Position numbers and translations under genes: made by a program. This document shows positions 18,629-26,118 of a DNA stretch of 64,000 nucleotides, in pieces. Under the pieces are notes generated by a model. The model had not been told where the DNA came from and searched no databases. It was given only the letters and a program-made list of their open reading frames with translations. Origin of the DNA: a virus; IMG/VR virus record IMGVR_UViG_3300032893_000036, positions 3,221-67,220 of that record. One strand, 5' to 3'. Each line of letters opens with the position of its first letter. Within the stretch, counting starts at the first letter, position 1.

Positions 18629-18762
18629 TCAATGAAGTTAAGTAGATAGGCCGCGCCCGGCGCGGCCATAAGAGCTGGGAGTGGCAAGAGGCTAGTTTGA
18701 CGGCCAGTGCTCTTGCCACTCCCCTCACCGGATCACACAGCGAACGCGGCGCGATTGGTGAC

Positions 18763-18912
18763 TCAAGAGTGATTATCTTGTTTTTCCCTCTTCGCAGCAA
18801 GGTCGAGCAGGTTCTCAAAGTCAGCCCTGTGACTTGAAGCAGATTGCGTCTGCTTTACCTTTCTCTGCTTTTTCAGAGGCTTACCGTGTTCCTGTCGTTT
18901 CTGTTTGGGCAT
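18763..18912 (-). CDS. small basic hypothetical protein
   Basis: Manual translation MPKQKRQEHGKPLKKQRKVKQ...RADFENLLDLAAKREKQDNHS (49 aa). Confidence 0.35.
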   Translation of the reverse strand: MPKQKRQEHGKPLKKQRKVKQTQSASSHRADFENLLDLAAKREKQDNHS

Positions 18913-18923
18913 GTCGCTTGAGC

Positions 18924-18990
18924 GGGGTACGCAGGTTGCCGCCTAGGCCTCCTAAACCGTCGGCGCGGGGCTCGACTCCCCGGTACTCCA
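18924..18990 (+). tRNA. degenerate tRNA-like element, anticodon CCT (Arg)
   Basis: Acceptor GGGGTAC/GTACTCC (7 bp, one G-T pair); T arm CGGGG-CTCGACT-CCCCG; loop CTCCTAA. D arm short, anticodon stem has only 2 clean pairs, no encoded CCA. Confidence 0.55.
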
Positions 18991-19265
18991 CTATACGCCA
19001 ATAGCCGTTATCTAAGAGGCGTCCCAGAACACAAGAAGAAATACGGCTTGCACACGTCGTTCCCCCTCTTAGAGCCGATCTGCTTCAAGGCAGCCAATCC
19101 CAAGCCCGCTTGGAATTATCTGACCGCCAAAATTGGCGGGGCCGCAAGTAGCGGCCCCAAGTAAAACCTACCCCTGCCACTGTAGACAGGATCAGTCCTA
19201 CCCAATCATTTTACCGCCGATCACGAGTATGTCAATCGTAGTACAAACGCTGCTAAGATATTGGA

Positions 19266-19430
19266 GTGAAAGAGGAAAAGTCCGATAACCTGGAAGCGTT
19301 CTCATGTCGTTTGGAGCGTGAGCAAATAAGCTTTATCGAAGACCTCACGGCGCGTCGCGTGCTGGGTTCAAACAAGAATGTAGTGCTGAGAGCATTGATT
19401 AGTTTCGATGAGTCCGAAGAATTCGACTGA
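19266..19430 (+). CDS. ribbon-helix-helix-like small DNA-binding protein
   Basis: Manual translation ...AFSCRLEREQISFIEDLTARRVLGSNKNVVLRALI... shows a strand-helix-helix pattern. Confidence 0.45.
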   Translation: MKEEKSDNLEAFSCRLEREQISFIEDLTARRVLGSNKNVVLRALISFDESEEFD

Positions 19431-19459
19431 TAGAGCCGCTCTGCGTCGAGGATGAAGTC

Positions 19460-19657
19460 ATGAGCGAACCAAGCTGCGAGCACAGTAACCTGCCGGGTGG
19501 CATGGGTTGTGTGATGTGCGAGGCCATCTCGTTCCGCGCTCACCAGCAATCACTCACAGGCTGCAGGTGCATCTACGATCGATGGAACAATCTTCTGAGC
19601 CCAGGAGGATGCCCGGTTCATGACCCTCGACTACGTCCTAGCGGAGATCGTCGATGA
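19460..19657 (+). CDS. Cys-rich hypothetical protein
   Basis: GCRC...GCPVH. Confidence 0.45.
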   Translation: MSEPSCEHSNLPGGMGCVMCEAISFRAHQQSLTGCRCIYDRWNNLLSPGGCPVHDPRLRPSGDRR

Positions 19658-19836
19658 GCGAGTTTATCTGGAACGCAAACAGTTCCTTCGAGCAGATATT
19701 GCTAGAACGCTGGCATGATCAGTATCAGCGCGCTCTTAAAACGATCGCGGACGCAGACCCGCTATGTCCACGGGGATTGCTACAGGAGGTAGCCAGAGAA
19801 GCGTTGGAGAAGCTGCGGGACCCGACTACCGGCTAG
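19654..19836 (+). CDS. hypothetical protein
   Basis: GGAG SD; ATGA overlap. Confidence 0.5.
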   Translation: MSEFIWNANSSFEQILLERWHDQYQRALKTIADADPLCPRGLLQEVAREALEKLRDPTTG

Positions 19837-19853
19837 CGGAGGATAAAGTCCCT

Positions 19854-20042
19854 ATGGACATTGAAAATGCCAAAAGGATCGTGGATTACATCACTGACCC
19901 CAATGGCGGCCCTCACACGAAGTTGGCTTATCCTTGGGGTGATGAAGGAGGGTGGCGCTTGGACGACACGTTCACGGCTGACCAGTTGGAAGCGATCTGC
20001 ATAGTCATGCGAGCAAGTGCCCGCGGACACTCAGCTCAATAG
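19854..20042 (+). CDS. hypothetical protein, last gene of the rightward operon
   Basis: GGAGG SD; LDD.FTADQLEAI motif. Confidence 0.5.
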   Translation: MDIENAKRIVDYITDPNGGPHTKLAYPWGDEGGWRLDDTFTADQLEAICIVMRASARGHSAQ

Positions 20043-20342
20043 CTTGATGGCGTTCTGAGCGCGGGCAAGGTCTCCGGCTAAAGCAGCCTCGCAATGCCCC
20101 TTCTGCAACCCGTTCAGCATACGGTGCAGTAATGCCCAGAAGGCCGGCGGGTTCCCCTTTCGCCAATAAAGCCCGCACTGGCTTGAGATGGTGATGTCGA
20201 AGTCCCGACTCCACAGGACGGAGACGAAGTAGTCGAAGGCGAGCAGGGTTTTGCCCACATAGGTCTTGCCGGCAAGCCTGTTGATAATTACTAGAATGGC
20301 CAACACCATGAGGATGACGAAGATGGCCAGGGCAATGATCAT
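20031..20342 (-). CDS. membrane-anchored lysis-region protein
   Basis: N-terminal TM helix; D.TISS..G...HC motif seen in small phage proteins near lysis genes. Confidence 0.55.
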   Translation of the reverse strand: MIIALAIFVILMVLAILVIINRLAGKTYVGKTLLAFDYFVSVLWSRDFDITISSQCGLYWRKGNPPAFWALLHRMLNGLQKGHCEAALAGDLARAQNAIKLLS

Positions 20343-20842
20343 AGCTGCGGGGTTATTTCGGCGATGAGGGCTTGGAGCCGGTTGGCGTTTCGCCGACACT
20401 CGTCGCGGGCGGCGACAAGAAGTTCTCCAGCGCGGTCAATGCCTGGGTCTCCGGGGGAAGTAACAGTTGCGGGTCTACTACCGGTTTTCGGCATTCCACC
20501 ATTTGCGGCGGTTCGGGCTGCTTCGGCTGCGAGCAGCTGCTCGAGGCGATGCAGACGCACAATAGTAGCGTCGCGGTCGGCAGCATTTTGGGCGTTTTGG
20601 TTAGCAAGGGTCACCATAGCGGCTTGGTTGTTACGGGTCGTCTCCTGCGCCTGCGCCAGCTGCGCTAGGAGCGTCTTTCGCACTGTTTCCTCTGCTTGGG
20701 TGCGGGCCAGTGCATCCGAGGTCTGCAGAGCCTGATAGCGCGCCTGCCAGGGGTTCAGATGGTAGCCGGCCCAACCTCCCAATCCCAGGAGGACAATCGC
20801 GCCGGCGACCCAGGGAGCGAACTTCAATAGCAAAGCGGTCAC
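20339..20842 (-). CDS. Rz-like inner-membrane spanin
   Basis: N-terminal TM helix plus Ala/Gln coiled coil; C-terminal EC...L.ALI; downstream of the endolysin. Confidence 0.8.
   Translation of the reverse strand: MTALLLKFAPWVAGAIVLLGLGGWAGYHLNPWQARYQALQTSDALARTQAEETVRKTLLAQLAQAQETTRNNQAAMVTLANQNAQNAADRDATIVRLHRLEQLLAAEAARTAANGGMPKTGSRPATVTSPGDPGIDRAGELLVAARDECRRNANRLQALIAEITPQL
20353..20586 (-). CDS. Rz1-like outer-membrane lipoprotein spanin embedded in Rz
   Basis: Signal peptide ending IASSS-C and Pro-rich body, in an alternative frame inside Rz. Confidence 0.75.
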   Translation of the reverse strand: MLPTATLLLCVCIASSSCSQPKQPEPPQMVECRKPVVDPQLLLPPETQALTALENFLSPPATSVGETPTGSKPSSPK

Positions 20843-21072
20843 TTCCCCACCTTGCTGGCGACGTATTGATGTCGCAGCCAGGATGCGAGAAACAATACTG
20901 AAATGGTTCCTAGCACAATTTGATGCCCATATTTAGGAAACAATTCCTCGATGGGCTGTTTGATTGGATCAATGTTGAACGTTTCTAGCCCTGACCAAAT
21001 GAAACCAGTCCCAGCGAAAACACGGCCGCATTTGTTCTTCAGCCACGTCCAAAAAGAACGTAGTGCATTCAT
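20839..21072 (-). CDS. putative holin
   Basis: Two hydrophobic segments; between endolysin and Rz. Confidence 0.5.
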   Translation of the reverse strand: MNALRSFWTWLKNKCGRVFAGTGFIWSGLETFNIDPIKQPIEELFPKYGHQIVLGTISVLFLASWLRHQYVASKVGK

Positions 21073-21524
21073 GCGAGAGATCCCCCGGACTGTGTGTATG
21101 CCGATTGGAGTGATGCCAAGCTGTTCTGGTGTTGACCGTAGTCATTACCCGGCAGGCTGGCCCAGATGCTCGTGCACTTTGAGACCGCCGACGACAGTCG
21201 GCCCGCAATCACGTCATCCAACGCATGACGCTCGCGAATCATCTGAGTAGCGATGGCGTCCTGTGATGCCGGGCTAAAGTCAGGCAAATGCAGACTGGCC
21301 TTGTAGGCATCGTAGAAGCGTTCAAGGATCTGGTATCGACCCGCTGCAGTACTGGTCAGCGTTGGCGAGAGTCGTACTTCAATACGTGGATGATCCAAAT
21401 AACTGGTAAACAAATGCGGATGCGCTGGAGTGCTTCCGACGATACAGTTATAGCCGTGATCGCCAATCAACTCAGTGCCCTCGCTCATTGCTACCATGGT
21501 CAAAAAGGCGTTCAGGTTACTCAT
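21069..21524 (-). CDS. lambda R-type endolysin (lytic transglycosylase)
   Basis: NLNAFL.MVA.SEGT, STAAGRYQIL, DFSPASQD, WASLPG..YGQH. Confidence 0.95.
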   Translation of the reverse strand: MSNLNAFLTMVAMSEGTELIGDHGYNCIVGSTPAHPHLFTSYLDHPRIEVRLSPTLTSTAAGRYQILERFYDAYKASLHLPDFSPASQDAIATQMIRERHALDDVIAGRLSSAVSKCTSIWASLPGNDYGQHQNSLASLQSAYTQSGGSLA

Positions 21525-21765
21525 TTGACGCTCTCCGGGTAACCAACTGCCACACGATATAGATGATCGCGGAAGCCCCGAGCGCCCAGGCCACTGAGCG
21601 CTCGAGATATCGCAGGCGCCGTTCATGGTCACTGGTGATCTTCTCCACCAGTGCTTCTACCCGCGCCAAGTTGCTATCACTGCGTTCGATAAGTCCTGCT
21701 ATGCGCTCGTTGATCACGGATTGCTCAGCGCCGTTGTCAATCAAGCGATGCAGTTCCTTCGTCAC
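21517..21765 (-). CDS. coiled-coil protein with C-terminal TM (holin/antiholin candidate)
   Basis: DHERRLRYLER followed by a TM helix. Confidence 0.55.
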   Translation of the reverse strand: MTKELHRLIDNGAEQSVINERIAGLIERSDSNLARVEALVEKITSDHERRLRYLERSVAWALGASAIIYIVWQLVTRRASNE

Positions 21766-21766
21766 A

Positions 21767-21961
21767 TCAGCAGTGCTTGGCCACGTAGTCAAGCATATGG
21801 GCCATATAGCGCACATCACCTTCATCACACGCCGCAGCGCCTTTGGCTTGGATCGCCTGACAGCGTGACTGGTCGCTCGCATCCATTGAGTTCATGAAAC
21901 TTGGATCGGTCACCGCAGTGATCAGCACCTTGGCTCGATTAATGATTATCCCGCCTCCCAT
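21767..21961 (-). CDS. hypothetical protein
   Basis: GAGGT SD; collinear. Confidence 0.45.
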   Translation of the reverse strand: MGGGIIINRAKVLITAVTDPSFMNSMDASDQSRCQAIQAKGAAACDEGDVRYMAHMLDYVAKHC

Positions 21962-21964
21962 ACA

Positions 21965-22261
21965 TCACCTCTTACATTGTTGCTGTAGAAGGGCATGATC
22001 CAAGTCAACTTCACGTTGAAGCTGTCTGAATTCGCCCATCTGAAATTGGTTCAGGTCGTAGTCGTGCAGCCACTTGCGAGTGCCTACATCTCGAATAGTC
22101 CATAGACAAAATACGTTGACCATGATGCTGATTGCGAGTATCACGCTCGTCAGCCACCCTTTGACTTTTTCGCCCGTTATCGTCGCCTGCGCCACGGCTC
22201 CTCCAGAATGCGCCGTGATAGGCTGGTTGGTTGAAAAGTCCTCAATGTGACCGGAGTTCAC
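21965..22261 (-). CDS. single-TM hypothetical protein
   Basis: GTGA overlap with the upstream stop; TM WLTSVILAISIMVNVFCLW. Confidence 0.55.
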   Translation of the reverse strand: MNSGHIEDFSTNQPITAHSGGAVAQATITGEKVKGWLTSVILAISIMVNVFCLWTIRDVGTRKWLHDYDLNQFQMGEFRQLQREVDLDHALLQQQCKR

Positions 22262-22629
22262 TGACCTCGGTACCTCGGTTCTACAATCTTTTCCACATGA
22301 TCCATCTGATATTGCAGCCCTTCCACTTTCGATTCCAGAGAGGATAGTTTCCCGAACATCGCTACTCCTCCAATGATCGCTGCAGCCGTCAGACTCGCCA
22401 GCACCGTCAGCATCCAGCCCTGCCATGAACTCTTTCCTCCACCACCCTCGTTGTAATCGCCACGGATCTCTACCGTCGCACGACGGACTGCGCGTTTGAC
22501 CACGCGCTCTAAAATCTCCTCTGCTCCCGATAGATCCTCTGGAGCATCCGGACTCGGGCCTCGGTGCCCCATCAGTAAACGGTCGAGGAGGCCAATTGTG
22601 CATTCATCCTCTTCAAATGTGGCCGCCAT
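22258..22629 (-). CDS. single-TM coiled-coil protein
   Basis: AAGGA SD; TM helix then heptad repeat. Confidence 0.6.
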   Translation of the reverse strand: MAATFEEDECTIGLLDRLLMGHRGPSPDAPEDLSGAEEILERVVKRAVRRATVEIRGDYNEGGGGKSSWQGWMLTVLASLTAAAIIGGVAMFGKLSSLESKVEGLQYQMDHVEKIVEPRYRGQ

Positions 22630-22657
22630 CTCACTGTTCCTTATGCCGCCTTTGTTG

Positions 22658-24043
22658 TCATCGTCCGATCGCGAACCAATTACTCACGCTACCGGATGGC
22701 CCAGAATCTACCGTAATCACACATCCAGTCTGAGTGATACTGCTCGCAAAGTTAGACCCATCCGCCGCCTGTCCGTTGACCGCAACACTTCGATTGCTGC
22801 ACGGAAAGACGCCAAAGCATGCCGTCGGAAATGGCTTGGGGAACGTGATAGGAAAATCAACCGGAACGCCGGCCTGCGGAGTTGGGACGTTACCCCATTG
22901 CAGAATAGTGCCGCCAGGTAACGTTTCGGTGTTAGGCGTTATGCCGCCGCCCCATGAAGTTGGCTGCCCTATGCCATTCGATACTTCAACTTGCCCTTTC
23001 AGGCCATATCCACCACGGCTGATTGATGGGAAGGCAGCCAGATCGTATAGGAACTTAGAGCCGTCAAAAAACTCGTCGACAACGAGCACAGTCCCCGTCC
23101 CCGTACCAAACTGGTGACGGATGACCGCAGTTCCCGTCGCCCCCGGCGGAATATTGGCGCTCAGAATCACGCCAATGCCGCATTTCATTCCGACCACACC
23201 GCTCGAGACAACTGCATTGCCCGCCTGCGCGCTCGGATTAGTGCCTGTCGCGTTACCACCTTGGAGCGTGGCATCGCCAGCAATGGCATTAACCGATGTG
23301 CCGCCTTGCGCCTTATAGGCGCCTCCCGGTCCATTCAGTGATGCACCCGCGAAGTCCAGCAAGTCGCCGCCAGCATCAAGTCCCGGATTCCCAGGTGTAC
23401 TATCGGCATCTCCCGCCGAACGGATGACCGTGATGCCTTTCTGACCTGTAACCTGAGCATCGGTGATGTGGATCACTTGGCTTTTGGTAGCACCGCCAGC
23501 CAAAACACCCGAGCTCGGAATGCCCGACGCATTCGGCAGCAAAAAGCCCCACTGGAAATCGCCATAGCCAGCCGGATAGCCGTTTGGGCCTGCCACCTGT
23601 ACGGATCCTGACTCAAACGTCGGTTCGTAGGTGCCGCCCTGAGTCTGGGAATTGGCCAGCGCCACCGTCGCGCCATCGCTGACGATGAGCGTTCGTGTTC
23701 CAGGTGGCAATACAAGCGAGTTCCCAGCTGCGATTGAAAAAGAGAGAGTAAAGGCACCGGTTGCAGCGTTTGAAATAGTCCACAATCCACCGACGCCAAT
23801 CGGTATCTGGTAGGCGATATTCGCGCCAAGCGTTCCGTTGAACTCTATGTTTGGGGGCCGGTACTGAGTTAGGGTGAGCGTAGTTGTTGGGGTGACAACA
23901 CCTGTAACGGATATTGAAGTCGTGCCACCTAATGCCGCATCTATTGCTGAGAAATTCGCATTTACAGGGGTCGCCCAAGCGTTAACGTAGTCGCCTGATG
24001 CTGGCTCCTCAAGTCCTTTGTTGACTGAAAATGTACTCGTCAC
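22658..24043 (-). CDS. tail fibre / receptor-binding protein
   Basis: N-terminal virion anchor (NKGLE.PA.GD...W..PVN.N...ID), Gly-rich middle, C-terminal LPGGTILQWG...FP.PFPTAC fibre-tip domain. Confidence 0.8.
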   Translation of the reverse strand: MTSTFSVNKGLEEPASGDYVNAWATPVNANFSAIDAALGGTTSISVTGVVTPTTTLTLTQYRPPNIEFNGTLGANIAYQIPIGVGGLWTISNAATGAFTLSFSIAAGNSLVLPPGTRTLIVSDGATVALANSQTQGGTYEPTFESGSVQVAGPNGYPAGYGDFQWGFLLPNASGIPSSGVLAGGATKSQVIHITDAQVTGQKGITVIRSAGDADSTPGNPGLDAGGDLLDFAGASLNGPGGAYKAQGGTSVNAIAGDATLQGGNATGTNPSAQAGNAVVSSGVVGMKCGIGVILSANIPPGATGTAVIRHQFGTGTGTVLVVDEFFDGSKFLYDLAAFPSISRGGYGLKGQVEVSNGIGQPTSWGGGITPNTETLPGGTILQWGNVPTPQAGVPVDFPITFPKPFPTACFGVFPCSNRSVAVNGQAADGSNFASSITQTGCVITVDSGPSGSVSNWFAIGR

Positions 24044-26118
24044 AGCGTCTGACTCCTACCCGCGATATCTAACGCGCGAATGATCGACGCATCGGGCGCC
24101 TTGAGCAACGGTTCGGTGCCCTCATCGTTCATCTTCTTGGCCGCCTTATAGCGTTGCATGAGTCGGTTGAGTAGCGCATCGTGATCGACCTTGCCGCCAG
24201 AGGCGCGGGCAATAGGCGGCGGTTCCGGAACCGGTTTGGTCAATCCCGCGCCAGGAGCAAGTGAGCGCTTAGCAAAGCTATTTTCTGCAATGTTCTTTAG
24301 GACAGGTACTCCCATGCCAAAAGTCTTTGCATTGATAGCGGCCTCACCGAGTTCTCGCGCCGCACCAGTCGCCGCGTTGCGAATCACTCCCGATTTGCTG
24401 TAATTGACGAAGTTTCCTGGTGGTGCGACCTTTGCGTTATGCACTACGCGACCCAATGATTCGAGCGATTCCTGAGTTTCAGGACTCAGTAACAGGTCCA
24501 ACTTCGGATCGTACTTGGCCAACGCGCCGTTGTAACCGGATGGCGTAATCTTTCCTGTATTGCCAACGGCCGCCTTGCGTACTGCACTCAGTGTATGCGC
24601 CGCGACAGCCTGCTGCGCATCAGCATCAAATTTTTCCATGACGCGCTCAACATTTGCGCGCGGCGCCTGCAACACGTACTTATCTAGGAACTTGTCTGCA
24701 AGCGCCGATGGCTTACCGCGCTTGACCCCATTCAACGATACATCGTCAACAGCTGCTTGATATGCAGGATCAGCATCTAGCGCATCAAATCTAGCCTTCG
24801 CGGCCGCACGCGCTTGGTCGAATAACGCTTTCGCCTCAGCGCTTTCCGTTCCAACCGGCTGGACCTTCTGGAGTGCCTCTTGAACTTTGCCTACGGCGAA
24901 TGCGGCATTGCCATCGCCAGCCGCGCGGGCCTTGGCGATCTCGTTGCCAAGCTGCGTGCTGTAGGCTTGGAAGTCGTCCAATGACATCTTTCCGCCAGCC
25001 GATTCCACATCGTCCAATATCCCTTTTGCCGTACTCGGCAGATAGCGGAATTTGCTTTGCGGTTTCAATGCCGCGTTGGCATCTTGCACGAATGTAGAGC
25101 CATCCATCTGCAAGTCACCCGTGGCGGATGCCTTACGAGCAGCAGCATACTTCGCATCGATGCCTGCTTTAATCGGCTCATCGTATGCCTTCAATGCATC
25201 GACCGCGATCTGGCCATTCTCAACTGGATCATTCTGCACGTGCGATGGCGCAGCTTCGCGACGGATGTTGTCCAGTGCATCGACCATCTGACCTTCTTGG
25301 TCATTTATGCGTTTGACGATCGCGCCGTGCGTACTATTCTGCTCGTTTGAAAATTGCACCGGATCTCGCGTTGCTTGACCTTCGGTCAATTGGATGCCGT
25401 GCTTGTCAGCTTCTAAATGATTTTCTAGCGCTGTCTGATTCACTGATCCTTTTCTGGCAGCATCGCGATATGCCTGCTGCAACGGCGCACTCGCTTCTTC
25501 AATATCAGGAGCTGTTCGAGCTGCACCTAGCGATTGGGGTGAATCAAGTGTAGATGCATCGCGTCCTTTTTCCACCAATCCGCGATATACATCAGCGACC
25601 TTCCCAGCCGATCCCGTCACGGCCTGTCGTGCTTCTGATCCGCCCTTGGTCAAAGCCATCGTTGCTAAATCGCCAACCACGTCCGCCGTGCGCTCGTTGG
25701 TCGCGCCAGCAATCAAATCATGCGCCTTTTTGGTCGCCCAAGTGACCGGTGTCATAACCGTGTTCAGCGCGTTCATGGCGGTCTTGCCGCCCTCAGTTTG
25801 CGCGTGATAATTCAACACTGGGTCGGTCTGGATTTCTTTCTCTAACGCCGCACGCCCCTCTTTTCCAGGCAGGATGTCATTGACGGCGTGTGTCACGGCT
25901 TTAAGACCACTGGAGCCAACTGCCAAACCTGCATCGCCAAGTCCCTTGATGGCGTTGAACCAAGTGTCGGCCTCGGATTCGGGAGTGCCTGCGTTTTTTG
26001 GCACTGGCAGCGGCTTGTCAGCTGCGAAGAATGCCGTGCGTGCATCTATGGGTGCTGCATCATCGTCAGCTGCACCGGCAGCGCCCTGTGCGAAAAAATC
26101 TGTGCGTGGATCGCTCAT
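24040..26118 (-). CDS. internal virion / DNA ejection protein
   Basis: Large Ala-rich helical protein in the ejection-protein position; RASGGKV near the C-terminus. Confidence 0.7.
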   Translation of the reverse strand: MSDPRTDFFAQGAAGAADDDAAPIDARTAFFAADKPLPVPKNAGTPESEADTWFNAIKGLGDAGLAVGSSGLKAVTHAVNDILPGKEGRAALEKEIQTDPVLNYHAQTEGGKTAMNALNTVMTPVTWATKKAHDLIAGATNERTADVVGDLATMALTKGGSEARQAVTGSAGKVADVYRGLVEKGRDASTLDSPQSLGAARTAPDIEEASAPLQQAYRDAARKGSVNQTALENHLEADKHGIQLTEGQATRDPVQFSNEQNSTHGAIVKRINDQEGQMVDALDNIRREAAPSHVQNDPVENGQIAVDALKAYDEPIKAGIDAKYAAARKASATGDLQMDGSTFVQDANAALKPQSKFRYLPSTAKGILDDVESAGGKMSLDDFQAYSTQLGNEIAKARAAGDGNAAFAVGKVQEALQKVQPVGTESAEAKALFDQARAAAKARFDALDADPAYQAAVDDVSLNGVKRGKPSALADKFLDKYVLQAPRANVERVMEKFDADAQQAVAAHTLSAVRKAAVGNTGKITPSGYNGALAKYDPKLDLLLSPETQESLESLGRVVHNAKVAPPGNFVNYSKSGVIRNAATGAARELGEAAINAKTFGMGVPVLKNIAENSFAKRSLAPGAGLTKPVPEPPPIARASGGKVDHDALLNRLMQRYKAAKKMNDEGTEPLLKAPDASIIRALDIAGRSQTL

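Noticed and set aside
18540-18641. Possible frameshift near the end of 18386-18628 (alternative frame reads GDWHAWMRH...)
   Set aside because: No slippery site and no homologue available to judge; cannot separate a real C-terminus from mutation or sequencing error.
18991-19080. HDV-like (theta) ribozyme after the tRNA-like element
   Set aside because: A pseudoknot is present, but I cannot find the P3/L3/P1.1 geometry or the J4/2 catalytic C on either strand; kept only as an unassigned structure.
18730-19430. Remnant of an insertion sequence (small basic ORF plus RHH gene)
   Set aside because: No transposase, terminal inverted repeats or target duplication found.
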